A model generated the notes under the pieces. That model was not told the origin of the DNA. It saw only the letters and a program-made list of their open reading frames with translations, and ran no database searches. Shown piece by piece: positions 37,544 to 46,519 of a stretch of DNA of 64,000 nucleotides. The stretch is from an uncultured Candidatus Bathyarchaeia archaeon (lineage in GTDB: Archaea > Thermoproteota > Bathyarchaeia > Bathyarchaeales > Bathycorpusculaceae), in NCBI GenBank assembly GCA_964355725.1, contig CAYHEV010000002.1, positions 3,189 to 67,188 of the forward strand, given 5' to 3'. The translations under genes were made by a program, and so were the position numbers. The first letter of the stretch is position 1. Every line of letters begins with the position of its first letter.

Positions 37544-37675
37544 GTGTCCGATTTGGGTGTCAAATCCTTAGATGATTTGGAGAGGATGCTTAAGGAGATA
37601 GGCTATTCTGACAGTGCTGTCAGCGAAATTCTGAAGTGGTATAAGCAGGAGAATTCTGGTATAAGGGCGTCATGA
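37544..37675 (+). CDS. Small ORF translationally coupled to the DUF123 gene
   Basis: Hand-translated 43 aa (GTG)SDLGVKSLDDLERMLKEIGYSDSAVSEILKWYKQENSGIRAS. Its TGA overlaps the next ATG (ATGA). It is below the track cutoff. Confidence 0.3.
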   Translation: MSDLGVKSLDDLERMLKEIGYSDSAVSEILKWYKQENSGIRAS

Positions 37676-38070
37676 AAGGCATCTATGTACTGGTAATTTC
37701 AGTCAACAGAAATATTGGCGTAAACATTGGTGCACTAGGCACTGTAAGTTTTGATAAAGGTTTATACGTCTACGTGGGTTCTGCTCAAAATAATCTTGAG
37801 AAACGGATAGCGCGTTATCACAGAAAAGTGAAGAAGAAGTTTTGGCATATTGATCACCTGCTCAGTAACAGATTTGCAGAAGTCGTGACAGAGTCTTACA
37901 TGGAGACAGACAAATCTGCAGAATGCAGGATTGCCAGGAGGCTGAGCCAGAAAGGTATTGCTGTCAAACACTTTGGGTGTTCTGATTGCAATTGTATTAG
38001 CCATCTGTTCAAAGTGGAAGATTTTGGCTCTCTGAGCGATTTCATGTCTGAGGAGACTAAGGAAGGATGA
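37672..38070 (+). CDS. GIY-YIG superfamily protein, DUF123-like
   Basis: 132 aa. GIYVLVI ... GLYVYVGSAQNNLEKRIARYHRK...FWHIDHL matches the DUF123/Uri-type pattern as I remember it. Confidence 0.6.
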   Translation: MKGIYVLVISVNRNIGVNIGALGTVSFDKGLYVYVGSAQNNLEKRIARYHRKVKKKFWHIDHLLSNRFAEVVTESYMETDKSAECRIARRLSQKGIAVKHFGCSDCNCISHLFKVEDFGSLSDFMSEETKEG

Positions 38071-38271
38071 CTCTAATAGATCCTAGATGGGGGAACTGGG
38101 GCACATGGAGCCAGCTTGTGCAAACGCCTATGGCGACATAAAAGTCGACATGAGAGATATAGGCTTTGCATACGCCCATTTCAGCAACACAGCGGAACCA
38201 CAAATAATTCTCTTCTTTTTTTCTTAAAACATGGTGCGGGTTCCCAAGTCTTATCAACAACCTGTCCTATT

Positions 38272-38862
38272 TTGCTCGTTCAAGGAGAGTGCGTAACTGT
38301 CCCCTCTGATGGCTGGTGCGTTTGGATTACTGGTCTGCCCGGCAGCGGAAAATCAGTAGTCTCTGAAGCCTTGCTGATACTTCTTGAGAAAGAAGATATT
38401 CATGCGCAGCTATTATCATCGGATGCTTTGCGCAAAGTTCTTACACCAAAACCTACTTACTCCCTTGAAGAACGCAACATAGTCTACGCTACACTTGTTT
38501 ACATTGCAAAGCTGTTGACACAAAACGGCGTGAACGTCATAATAGATTCCACTGGAAACTTGAGATGTTACCGAGAAAGCGTCAGAAAACAAATCCCCAA
38601 CTTCATGGAAGCTTACTTGAATTGCCCACTTACAATCTGCATGGAACGCGAAGCTAGACGCAGAGAAACCTACAACGCACCAAAACTAATCTACGCAAAA
38701 GCTATGAAAAGCAAATCCTCCACGGTGCCCGGCGTGGGGCAGTCTTACGAATCTCCTATCAACCCAGAAATAGCAATCGATACTACGCGATACACTCCGG
38801 AACAAGTTGCCCAGAAAATCTTCCAAAGATTGTTGGAGAAGTTCCAGCAACCAGAAAGTTAG
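38272..38862 (+). CDS. Adenylylsulfate-kinase-like P-loop kinase
   Basis: WITGLPGSGKSVVSEAL P-loop and APS-kinase-like layout (SSDALRK, IIDSTGN, YESPINPEIAIDT). The track ORF starts at 38116, but that N-terminal extension looks non-coding. I placed the start at the in-frame TTG at 38272; this is uncertain. Confidence 0.55.
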   Translation: MLVQGECVTVPSDGWCVWITGLPGSGKSVVSEALLILLEKEDIHAQLLSSDALRKVLTPKPTYSLEERNIVYATLVYIAKLLTQNGVNVIIDSTGNLRCYRESVRKQIPNFMEAYLNCPLTICMEREARRRETYNAPKLIYAKAMKSKSSTVPGVGQSYESPINPEIAIDTTRYTPEQVAQKIFQRLLEKFQQPES

Positions 38863-38956
38863 TTCCGACATAACTCTGAAAATCCAAGGATAAGGCTCGC
38901 AACGTAATCTCTAACTCGTAACCCCTTGCAGAATAATTAGGCTGTGGCTTGGTATA

Positions 38957-39571
38957 TTAGGATCTTTTGATATAGTTCAGAACAGCATCTGCCTGATCTT
39001 TTGAAACATGTTTGGATTCAAGGAGACTGGTGACTAGATTGGAAATCTTCGCCAAAGCATGGACTTTGTAGCCTAACTTTTCTAGATTTTCTCTGCCACC
39101 TTGTTCTCTATCGACTACAACCATCACGTTCCTAACGTGGGCTCCTAACTCTTCTAGAGGTTTTATTCCTTCAACTTTGGACAAGCCTTCACTGACAACG
39201 TCATCAAAAAACAATATGTGGTCGCCTTTGGTGACTTCCGCCCCGGCGATTCTTCCAGTCACACCGTATGCCTTCTCTTCTTTCCTAACGATGACGCATG
39301 GCAGATTGACTTCACATGCTATATTTGGTAAGATCAACGCACCTTTCAGTTCGATAGATGCCAATTTGTCTATTTGCTCAATAGCCATCAGGTTCTTAAT
39401 TTCGCATGCCGCGATCTCCGCAATATTGCACAGATCTTTTGGAGAGGAAAGCAAACGCGCAAGATCAATGTAGTAGGGGCTTAGAGCCCCTGACTTTATC
39501 TTGAAAGTGCCGAACTTTAGGCACCCAGAGCGATAAAGTGCACCGGCGATGCTGGCTGCATTTTCAGTCAT
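38957..39571 (-). CDS. pyrE: Orotate phosphoribosyltransferase-like protein
   Basis: 204 aa. PRPP-binding motif ILFFDDVVSEGLS and FKIKSGALSPYYIDL. Confidence 0.75.
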   Translation of the reverse strand: MTENAASIAGALYRSGCLKFGTFKIKSGALSPYYIDLARLLSSPKDLCNIAEIAACEIKNLMAIEQIDKLASIELKGALILPNIACEVNLPCVIVRKEEKAYGVTGRIAGAEVTKGDHILFFDDVVSEGLSKVEGIKPLEELGAHVRNVMVVVDREQGGRENLEKLGYKVHALAKISNLVTSLLESKHVSKDQADAVLNYIKRS

Positions 39572-39664
39572 GTTCTAGTCTCTCCCGAAATGATTAGACC
39601 GTTTCGAATTTAACACTTATTCAACCGCGTTTCAATGATCAACATATTTGGATCTCATTGAGAT

Positions 39665-39913
39665 TTATTTCATTTTCTCTGTTGTTTGAATCGTTTTCTC
39701 TGCTGTTGCAGTGCAGAAAAGTAGGTCATCAATAGTTGCGATAAACGTCTGAAGCTTCTCTTCGCACGCTATTCTTGTGATGATTTTGTTTTGTTTGCAG
39801 ACTGTCTTAATCTTCAAACCCTTTGGCTTTTCAAAATTATCCGGTGAAACTGCTTTCGTAACCGCTTCCGCTATTTGCCCATCATCATATTCAAGGATTA
39901 TTTCCGCTTCCAA
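39665..39913 (-). CDS. pcc1: KEOPS subunit Pcc1-like
   Basis: 82 aa. The pattern EIILEYDDGQIAEAVTKAVSPDN...IITRIACEEKLQTFIATIDDLL resembles archaeal Pcc1. Confidence 0.55.
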   Translation of the reverse strand: MEAEIILEYDDGQIAEAVTKAVSPDNFEKPKGLKIKTVCKQNKIITRIACEEKLQTFIATIDDLLFCTATAEKTIQTTEKMK

Positions 39914-41408
39914 TTTTCTCCCTCTTCAGCTGTTGCCCAACCAACTCGTTAACAGCTTCTATAAACTCGGTGATCCTGCTCAAGGGAACTTGTGCTCCTG
40001 CCGCTACGTTGTGTCCGCCGCCCTTTCCCTCTAGCTTTCCAGCGACAACCTCCATAATCTTTGCCAAGTCAACGCCCTTGCTTGTCATAGTATCTGTAGT
40101 TCGTGCAGAGATTTTCGCTAGGCCTTCCTCTTCAACATTGGCGTAGGCAATTAAAGGTTTTTCAGGGTTCGGGAGACTTGATGAAAGAATAGATGAAATT
40201 GCGCCTACAATTTTGTCATTGATGAAATCTTCACCATAAACAACATAGATATTTTCCAGTTCTCGCATTCTTTCAGGTTTCTCCATAACCCAGCCCAAGT
40301 ACTTCGTAATCGTCCTTCTGTAATTCTCCAATACCTTGTTCGCTTCTTCAAGAGCTGAACCGCGGTCACCCATGCACACAGCCGTTCCAAGGCTCGGTCT
40401 ATCCATGCGACCAGTGGCATTCAGCAAAACTGCAAACTCTCTGGCGTCTCTAAGCGGAGTCCAGATTTCTTCTCTGTTCAAAGTATAAACATGTCCAATA
40501 AGGTTTGTCACTTCATAACGCAAACCTTTAGAAAGTAAATAGTCGGCAAGTGCAGAACATAGTCGCTTCTTCTCTTCGTCTGAAAGGTCTCTCAAAGCCC
40601 GCCACTTTTCACCGTTTCGAGGTTTAATGTCTAAACTTGCCAGAAAAGCTAGACTCTTATCTTCTTCTCCGCTTATGCCGGGAATGAACGGGTTAGTCGT
40701 AGACGCCAAAGCCCTGTGAATGGGGCGCGTTTCTCTGCCGAAGAACGTCAAATCTTTCTCAACTGTCAACAAACCTGCACGTGTGGCATCTTCAACTATC
40801 TTCTCGTTCAGCCCGCCCAACTGTTTCTGGTCATATTTGTCTTGTAAATCACCCAAGGCACCGACCACGGCGACTGGCGCCAGATCTACGTTGACCTTGT
40901 CTACGGCTCTAGCTACAAAATATGCAACGCCTGAGCCGCTCACGTCGCGTGCGCCATCTATTCCGTGCAGATGCGGATTCACATGTACAACATTGTTTGG
41001 TTCTTCGCCGACAATTTGGTGATGATCTAGGACTACTATTTTGAGGTCGGTCAGTTTCTCGTTTACGAAATCCATGTAGCCGCTTCCCAAATCAGTGAAA
41101 ATAATTAGTTGAGGCTTTTCTGAAATAACTTCGTTTGCGATTTTTTCGTTGATCCACTGGGTTACTTTGATTCGGAATCTTGCGTCAAGCCTGAACAACG
41201 TCTTCCCAACGATGCCAGCTGCAGCAACTCCGTCAGCGTCTAAATGGGAGAAAACTTGGATGGGCCCATCTTCTTTGACGGTTTCTGAAATTAGTTTGGC
41301 TGCTTGCTCGGCTGAATTTAAGAAATTTGTGACTTTGGTTTCGTCTAAGGGCACTGCCATCACACTGGAGTAGGTGTTCTGGGTATTATTAGAATCTGTG
41401 TTATTCAT
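39891..41408 (-). CDS. DHH-family RecJ-like nuclease (archaeal Cdc45/GAN homologue)
   Basis: 505 aa. DHH motifs SHLDADGVAAAG, FTDLGSG and VVLDHHQ, plus DHHA1 GGGHNVAAGAQ. Confidence 0.8.
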   Translation of the reverse strand: MNNTDSNNTQNTYSSVMAVPLDETKVTNFLNSAEQAAKLISETVKEDGPIQVFSHLDADGVAAAGIVGKTLFRLDARFRIKVTQWINEKIANEVISEKPQLIIFTDLGSGYMDFVNEKLTDLKIVVLDHHQIVGEEPNNVVHVNPHLHGIDGARDVSGSGVAYFVARAVDKVNVDLAPVAVVGALGDLQDKYDQKQLGGLNEKIVEDATRAGLLTVEKDLTFFGRETRPIHRALASTTNPFIPGISGEEDKSLAFLASLDIKPRNGEKWRALRDLSDEEKKRLCSALADYLLSKGLRYEVTNLIGHVYTLNREEIWTPLRDAREFAVLLNATGRMDRPSLGTAVCMGDRGSALEEANKVLENYRRTITKYLGWVMEKPERMRELENIYVVYGEDFINDKIVGAISSILSSSLPNPEKPLIAYANVEEEGLAKISARTTDTMTSKGVDLAKIMEVVAGKLEGKGGGHNVAAGAQVPLSRITEFIEAVNELVGQQLKREKIGSGNNP

Positions 41409-41463
41409 GTGTTTTGCTTGTCGAGAAAAGTTTCACAGTGAAAATGTCTAAGGTGCAGAGTGC

Positions 41464-41904
41464 TTAGGCTACGGAAGCAATTTTCGGCTCGTACCTCCAG
41501 TTTGGCGGCAAGACGCCTTCACGTTTGTAGTATCTTGAGAGTTTGTGGATTTTTGCTTCAATGACCTGCATTGACCTCTTGTTCACCAGGTCTGTCTTGT
41601 TCTTTTCTAAGTGAACGGCGAGACTTTGCGCTTTCTTGAGTAGGCTTGCCAAGTCTTCAGGCACGGTTGGTGCAAGCTCAGCATCTTTGAGTATTTTCGT
41701 CACTGTTCTTCCAGTTATCGGTTTTGCCAACGGAATCGAATGCTGATCTCGCAGGATAGTTCCGATACGGCTTGGCGAGTTTCCTGCTTTAGCTAATTTT
41801 ATGACTAAGGATTCAACCTCTTCTGCTTGGTATTTGCACCAGTTTGGAGGGCGCTTGCTGACTGGGCGTACTTGGTGTGATTTTCCTCTTTCCTGTTTCG
41901 GCAT
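41464..41904 (-). CDS. rps15: 30S ribosomal protein S15 (uS15)
   Basis: 146 aa. N-terminal S13e-type domain (SPSRIGTILRDQHSIP) and C-terminal S15 domain. Confidence 0.9.
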   Translation of the reverse strand: MPKQERGKSHQVRPVSKRPPNWCKYQAEEVESLVIKLAKAGNSPSRIGTILRDQHSIPLAKPITGRTVTKILKDAELAPTVPEDLASLLKKAQSLAVHLEKNKTDLVNKRSMQVIEAKIHKLSRYYKREGVLPPNWRYEPKIASVA

Positions 41905-41989
41905 CTGTCATCCCTTAAACTCTGTATGAGCGAGGTTACACGCATATTTAAAAATATTGATAGCTTTCAGATGCCGGGTGTAGGTTCTA

Positions 41990-42580
41990 TCATTTCTTGC
42001 TCTTGTACCATTCTGCAAATTTAGAGATAGCTTTTGCACGGTGCGAATATCTATTTTTTTCCATCACGTTCATTTCTGCAAATGTTCTACCGCTTCTAGC
42101 TGGTTTGAAAACTGGGTCAAAACCAAACCCAGACTGTTCGCTAATTCTCCTTCTTTCCTCCGTAATTTCTCCCAAGACTTCACCGTCAAAACACACTGGT
42201 GACTTAACCTTAACCGAGTGATATGCGATAATTGACCGAAACCTTGCTTTCCTGTTTTCAACGTTTTCCATGAGTTGCAACAAGCCCTTGTTACCTATTG
42301 TCTTGTAAACGTAAGCCGCATAAGGACCGGGAAAACCGTTTAACGCATCTATGAATAATCCGGCATCTTCAATTATTATTGGCAAGTGGCATTTTTCATA
42401 AGCTTCTATTACGCTGGATTTCGCAATTTCTTCCAAACTGTCGCTTTGGATTTCCAAGGTCTTGACTCTAAGCATGCCCACCGCTATTTTATATTCACCT
42501 AATACTCTGCGGGCTTCGTTAAACTTGTTAACGTTGTTCGTTGCAAAGAATATTATTCTGCCTTCCAACTGAAAATCCAT
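41990..42580 (-). CDS. Non-canonical purine NTP pyrophosphatase (Ham1/RdgB family)
   Basis: 196 aa. FATNNVNKFNEA, EDAGLFIDALNGFPGPY and FGFDPVF motifs. Confidence 0.85.
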   Translation of the reverse strand: MDFQLEGRIIFFATNNVNKFNEARRVLGEYKIAVGMLRVKTLEIQSDSLEEIAKSSVIEAYEKCHLPIIIEDAGLFIDALNGFPGPYAAYVYKTIGNKGLLQLMENVENRKARFRSIIAYHSVKVKSPVCFDGEVLGEITEERRRISEQSGFGFDPVFKPARSGRTFAEMNVMEKNRYSHRAKAISKFAEWYKSKK

Positions 42581-42586
42581 TTTATC

Positions 42587-42988
42587 TCACAGCGCTTTCT
42601 TGGCACCTTTTGCTGATACATTCAAGTATTTTTCCCAGTTTATCTGCACAAGTTCCAAAATGTTGCCGTCAGGATCCATAAACGTTGCTTGTCTTCCACC
42701 CCAAGTCTCATCATGCACTTCTTTGATAAATCTAACTCCCTTCCGCTTCAGTCGGTTATACTCGCCATCCACATCATCCACAAGAAAGTCCACAGAAGGC
42801 GCTGACAGATCTGCTGTTTGTTTTCCTTTCAGACTGGGACTTAACCCAATTTCCACGCCACCGCACTCGAACCCAACGTAACCAGAGAATTCATACTTCT
42901 TTTCCAAACCCAATGTTTCCTCATAAAATTTCGCCGCCTTCTTCAGGTCTGAGACATAGAAAGTCACACACCAAACAGTCTTAATCAT
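42587..42988 (-). CDS. VOC/glyoxalase family protein
   Basis: 133 aa. FYEETLGL...DPDGNILEL is the typical VOC fold signature. Confidence 0.75.
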   Translation of the reverse strand: MIKTVWCVTFYVSDLKKAAKFYEETLGLEKKYEFSGYVGFECGGVEIGLSPSLKGKQTADLSAPSVDFLVDDVDGEYNRLKRKGVRFIKEVHDETWGGRQATFMDPDGNILELVQINWEKYLNVSAKGAKKAL

Positions 42989-43650
42989 TCTTTCTCCTTC
43001 CTTTCAGTAACATAACGTCCTCTCTTCTCTATTTCCTTGATTTTGCCTAAAACATTTCTCACGGCATTTTCTTCTAGAATCTCAGAATACCCCTTGACCA
43101 CAGCATCAAAACATTCTTCTGCAAACTGGAAATGAACACTCTGCAAGGCTCTTTTCATGAGATGCAAATCAACTCCTCTGGCTTCTAACTCGTTTGTCTT
43201 CTCGCCAAGTCCGAAGTCAACAAAAAAAATCTTCTCCATCCTGCTAAGAATTATGTTTGAAGTGGTTAAATCGCCGTGAACTATCCCCAGTCTATGAAGT
43301 CTGCCTATCAATTCGCCAATCTTAACGCACAGACGTTCTCTTTCGCCTTTAGAAACTTCACTCAACAATTGCTTAACTTGTTTACCCTCTATGAACTCCA
43401 TCACTATCGTAGAATCTTTCAAGTCAACCAAAAATATGATCGGTGTCGGCACACCAGCTTTCTTCGCTTCATGCATCAATTGCGGTTCATGAATCGTTCG
43501 ATAAGTTCGAATCTGTTCATCCAACTTCGACGGACGGTATTTCTTCGGTAGACGTTTTTTCAATATCACCTTTCTTCTATGCCAATCCGCCAAGTAAAGA
43601 CTAGCCTCGGCCCCCTTCTTGATCAACCTTGGCGAACTCACTTCATCCAA
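42985..43650 (-). CDS. bud32: KEOPS Bud32 kinase
   Basis: 221 aa. Small RIO-like kinase with IVHGDLTTSNIIL and FVDFGL. Overlaps the kae1 end by 13 nt. Confidence 0.8.
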   Translation of the reverse strand: MDEVSSPRLIKKGAEASLYLADWHRRKVILKKRLPKKYRPSKLDEQIRTYRTIHEPQLMHEAKKAGVPTPIIFLVDLKDSTIVMEFIEGKQVKQLLSEVSKGERERLCVKIGELIGRLHRLGIVHGDLTTSNIILSRMEKIFFVDFGLGEKTNELEARGVDLHLMKRALQSVHFQFAEECFDAVVKGYSEILEENAVRNVLGKIKEIEKRGRYVTERKEKE

Positions 43651-44678
43651 GGGGCCTCAACCTCTTCAAGCCGCCACCTCGGCTTCACAAAGCTCTTATC
43701 AAGCGGCGTAACAACGCCATGCTTGTAAGCCAGCGCTCCTGTCCAAGCAACCATAGCTCCATTATCAACTGCAAACTCGCTTGGAACCACGAAAAACCTG
43801 GCATCGTGTTCATCCGCTATAAATTCGATCATCGACTGTAATCTTTTATTGACCGCCACTCCACCTGTAAGTAGAACCTCTTTCTTCTCCGTGTGCGCTA
43901 AACCTCTTTCTGTGACTTCTGTGACCATGGAAAACGCAGTCTCTTGAAGACTGTAACATAAATCTTCAAGTTTGTACCCTTTCTTTTTCACCAGAGTCGT
44001 TGCAGCTGTTAACAGGCCGCTAAAGGAAGTATCCATGCCCTTAACCGTGTATGGCAAAGGAACAAGTGCACTCCCTTTCAGGGCAAGTTTTTCAATAACA
44101 GCCCCAAAAGGTAAACCCGCCTTCTGACGCAGACCAGCTTCTCTCGCAAAAACATCTAAGCAATTCCCAAGAGCAATGTCTAATGTTTCGCCAAAAATCC
44201 TGTAACGCCCCGAGTCAAAAGCCGAAACTAACGTGTTTCCACCAGAAACGTACAACGTAATAGGATCTCTGACACCCGTTTTCAGCCTGCCTATTTCAAT
44301 ATGAGCAACGCAATGGTTGATGCCCACAAGCGGCACATCAAGATAAGAAGCTAGAGCACGAGCCACAGTCGCTCCCGTACGAAGACACGGACCTAAACCT
44401 GGACCCTGAGAAAACGCGATAATCGTAAGTTTCTGCGGTTTGATACCTGCCTTCGCAAAAGCTTCTTCCAGAACTTTGCTTGCCACTTCTGCATGGTGCC
44501 TAGCGGCTTCTCTCGGGTGAATACCTCCTTCCTCAGGCACATAGGCACTTACGATGTTCGCTAATGTTTCACCGTTGAACCTTGATATTCCAACACTGAA
44601 GTCGTCTGCCGTTGATTCAATACCCAAACAGTAGCATTCATCAGCTTTGTTCTTCATTTTACTCATATCTTCCAGCAT
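43638..44678 (-). CDS. kae1: tRNA N6-adenosine threonylcarbamoyltransferase Kae1
   Basis: 346 aa. LGIESTADD, NHCVAHIE and ASKHA-fold motifs. Not fused to bud32. Confidence 0.9.
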   Translation of the reverse strand: MLEDMSKMKNKADECYCLGIESTADDFSVGISRFNGETLANIVSAYVPEEGGIHPREAARHHAEVASKVLEEAFAKAGIKPQKLTIIAFSQGPGLGPCLRTGATVARALASYLDVPLVGINHCVAHIEIGRLKTGVRDPITLYVSGGNTLVSAFDSGRYRIFGETLDIALGNCLDVFAREAGLRQKAGLPFGAVIEKLALKGSALVPLPYTVKGMDTSFSGLLTAATTLVKKKGYKLEDLCYSLQETAFSMVTEVTERGLAHTEKKEVLLTGGVAVNKRLQSMIEFIADEHDARFFVVPSEFAVDNGAMVAWTGALAYKHGVVTPLDKSFVKPRWRLEEVEAPWMK

Positions 44679-44748
44679 TCAATTTTCCAAATTTAAACAT
44701 ACACTTTTTATCTTAAATCTCGCCTATATTACTGTGAAATAACTGGAC

Positions 44749-45135
44749 ATGATAAAGATGCCTAAACACAACGACCTAGAACAGAAGGCTCTCCAATCTG
44801 TAATGAACACGGGGTTCGAAGGCGTACTTCAATCCGAACTTTGGCGTCAGCTAGGAGCAAGTAGCAGAGAAGGATCCAGGATAGCGTTGAAGCTTGAAGA
44901 AAAAGGACTGATACGACGAGACAAGGAACTTCGTGACGGGAGATGGACGTATAGGCTTTATCCGAAGCGGTTGCCCGCATCAATAGACTCTATAGCAGAT
45001 TGCCCATGCTTAATGTGCCAAGACAATCCTCGATGTGATCCGTCAAGTGTAATATCGCCACAAAACTGCGAAAGGCTCACAGACTGGCTTGTCTCCATAT
45101 CCCAAGATCGCCCGACTACCATGGGTGACAGCTAG
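44749..45135 (+). CDS. Winged-helix protein with C-terminal Cys cluster, TFE-beta/RPC34-like candidate
   Basis: 128 aa. wHTH (SELWRQLGASSREGSRIALKLEEKGLIRR) then CPCLMCQDNPRCDPSSVISPQNCERLTDWL. This resembles the FeS-domain pattern (PC..C....C....ISP.NC.....WL) I recall for RPC34/TFE-beta. Confidence 0.5.
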   Translation: MIKMPKHNDLEQKALQSVMNTGFEGVLQSELWRQLGASSREGSRIALKLEEKGLIRRDKELRDGRWTYRLYPKRLPASIDSIADCPCLMCQDNPRCDPSSVISPQNCERLTDWLVSISQDRPTTMGDS

Positions 45136-45137
45136 CT

Positions 45138-45755
45138 TTGCCCAAAGCATGGATACAAGACAGAAAGAAGGATTACTATTATAGGAAAGCCAAAGAAGAA
45201 AAGTATCGTTCTAGAGCTGCTTACAAACTGTTCCAAGTCGTTGAAAAATATCATTTCATAAAGAACGGCAACTGCGTTGTTGATTTGGGCGCCGCGCCTG
45301 GAGGCTGGGTTCAAGCCGCGAAGAAACTCGTCGGAACCAAAGGCTTCGTTTTAGGAGTGGACTTGAAGCCAGTTGAGCCCTTTCCATATCGTAACATCGT
45401 AACAGTGATAGGCGACATATCCAAGCCAGAAACGCTACAACAAATCGGCAAGTTTCTTCCAAGGAAAGCTGACGCGGTCATCTCCGATGTTTCACCAAAT
45501 ATTTCTGGGATATGGGAAGTTGATCATGCATCACAAACAGATTTGGCACAACATGCATTAGGAATAGCTTTGGAGGCACTCAAACCCTCCGGCGCGTTCT
45601 TTGTAAAGATTTTTCAAGGAGACTTGCTTAGCGATTTCATTGAAAAGGTAAAGAAACATTTTGAAGTAGTAAGAATAATAAAACCTAAAGCAAGTCGAGC
45701 CAAGAGTTCAGAACTGTTCATTCTGGGGATGCGGCTCAAACAAACACCGGATTAG
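45138..45755 (+). CDS. rlmE: 23S rRNA 2'-O-ribose methyltransferase RlmE/FtsJ
   Basis: 205 aa. YRSRAAYKL, VVDLGAAPGGW, DVSPNISG and VKIFQG motifs. Confidence 0.85.
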   Translation: MPKAWIQDRKKDYYYRKAKEEKYRSRAAYKLFQVVEKYHFIKNGNCVVDLGAAPGGWVQAAKKLVGTKGFVLGVDLKPVEPFPYRNIVTVIGDISKPETLQQIGKFLPRKADAVISDVSPNISGIWEVDHASQTDLAQHALGIALEALKPSGAFFVKIFQGDLLSDFIEKVKKHFEVVRIIKPKASRAKSSELFILGMRLKQTPD

Positions 45756-45805
45756 CAACAAACATAAATCACATCGCCTTCTCTATTATGCTCAGGGTGA
45801 AGTAA

Positions 45806-46498
45806 TTGAAAATTATCGCAGCAGATTCCTCTGCTGCCACACTGAATGAAAAGTTTGAACCGTTGTCTATTGTTGCAACAGTGTCTGTTTTGGTCAATCC
45901 GCCTTATAGAGAGCCTAGCGAGTTTATTGCTGAACCCGTTTTCGCAGATGCTCAGGACGGGCATGAAGTCATAGTGCATGAAGCAGAGCTTTGCAGGGAA
46001 TTGATTGGAAAGGTGAAAGCTGATGTTATACATCTAGACATGTCCTTAAACGCTGTTCCACTTGAACAATTATCGCCCATCGAATTTGCGAATATGAACC
46101 TTTCACGTACAGCAAGACGACATCTTCTCAGGATTCTGCCTAAGTTGAGGAAAATTGCTGGCGAGATCACACGAAAACATGGAGTTGAGGTTTTAGCCAT
46201 AGGGAAAGAAAGTATTCCTGTACGAATTGCAGAACTAGCGGGTGGAGCTCACGCAATTCTGTATACCTGCGAAAAAGCCGTCAATGAGGAACAACCGGTT
46301 CTTTTGGGTCTGCCTTCCAGATGTCAGCCTCGGATATCTGGAAACAGTGTGTACATTTACTCTCTTATGCCCGCAGAACATGATATCAGAGGTTACGCAG
46401 AAGATGCGAAAGGAATTTTGGAAAAAGTAAACATTTCAGAACTGCTAAACCCGGTGGCACGAGGTTTCCGAACCCTTAAAATAACCCCAAAAACGTAA
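45806..46498 (+). CDS. Conserved-looking hypothetical protein
   Basis: 230 aa with protein-like composition. Acidic motifs IIAADSS and VIHLDMSL hint at a nuclease-like fold. No family confidently recognised. Confidence 0.45.
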   Translation: MKIIAADSSAATLNEKFEPLSIVATVSVLVNPPYREPSEFIAEPVFADAQDGHEVIVHEAELCRELIGKVKADVIHLDMSLNAVPLEQLSPIEFANMNLSRTARRHLLRILPKLRKIAGEITRKHGVEVLAIGKESIPVRIAELAGGAHAILYTCEKAVNEEQPVLLGLPSRCQPRISGNSVYIYSLMPAEHDIRGYAEDAKGILEKVNISELLNPVARGFRTLKITPKT

Positions 46499-46519
46499 GA
46501 AACTCTAGGAGCTGCGAAA

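Noticed and set aside
38057-38271. 67-aa minus-strand ORF, and the 52-aa N-terminal extension of the APS-kinase-like ORF.
   Set aside because: Both translations are Cys/His/Trp-rich and unlike real proteins. The kinase homology begins only at the P-loop region, so I treated this stretch as intergenic. The kinase start remains uncertain.
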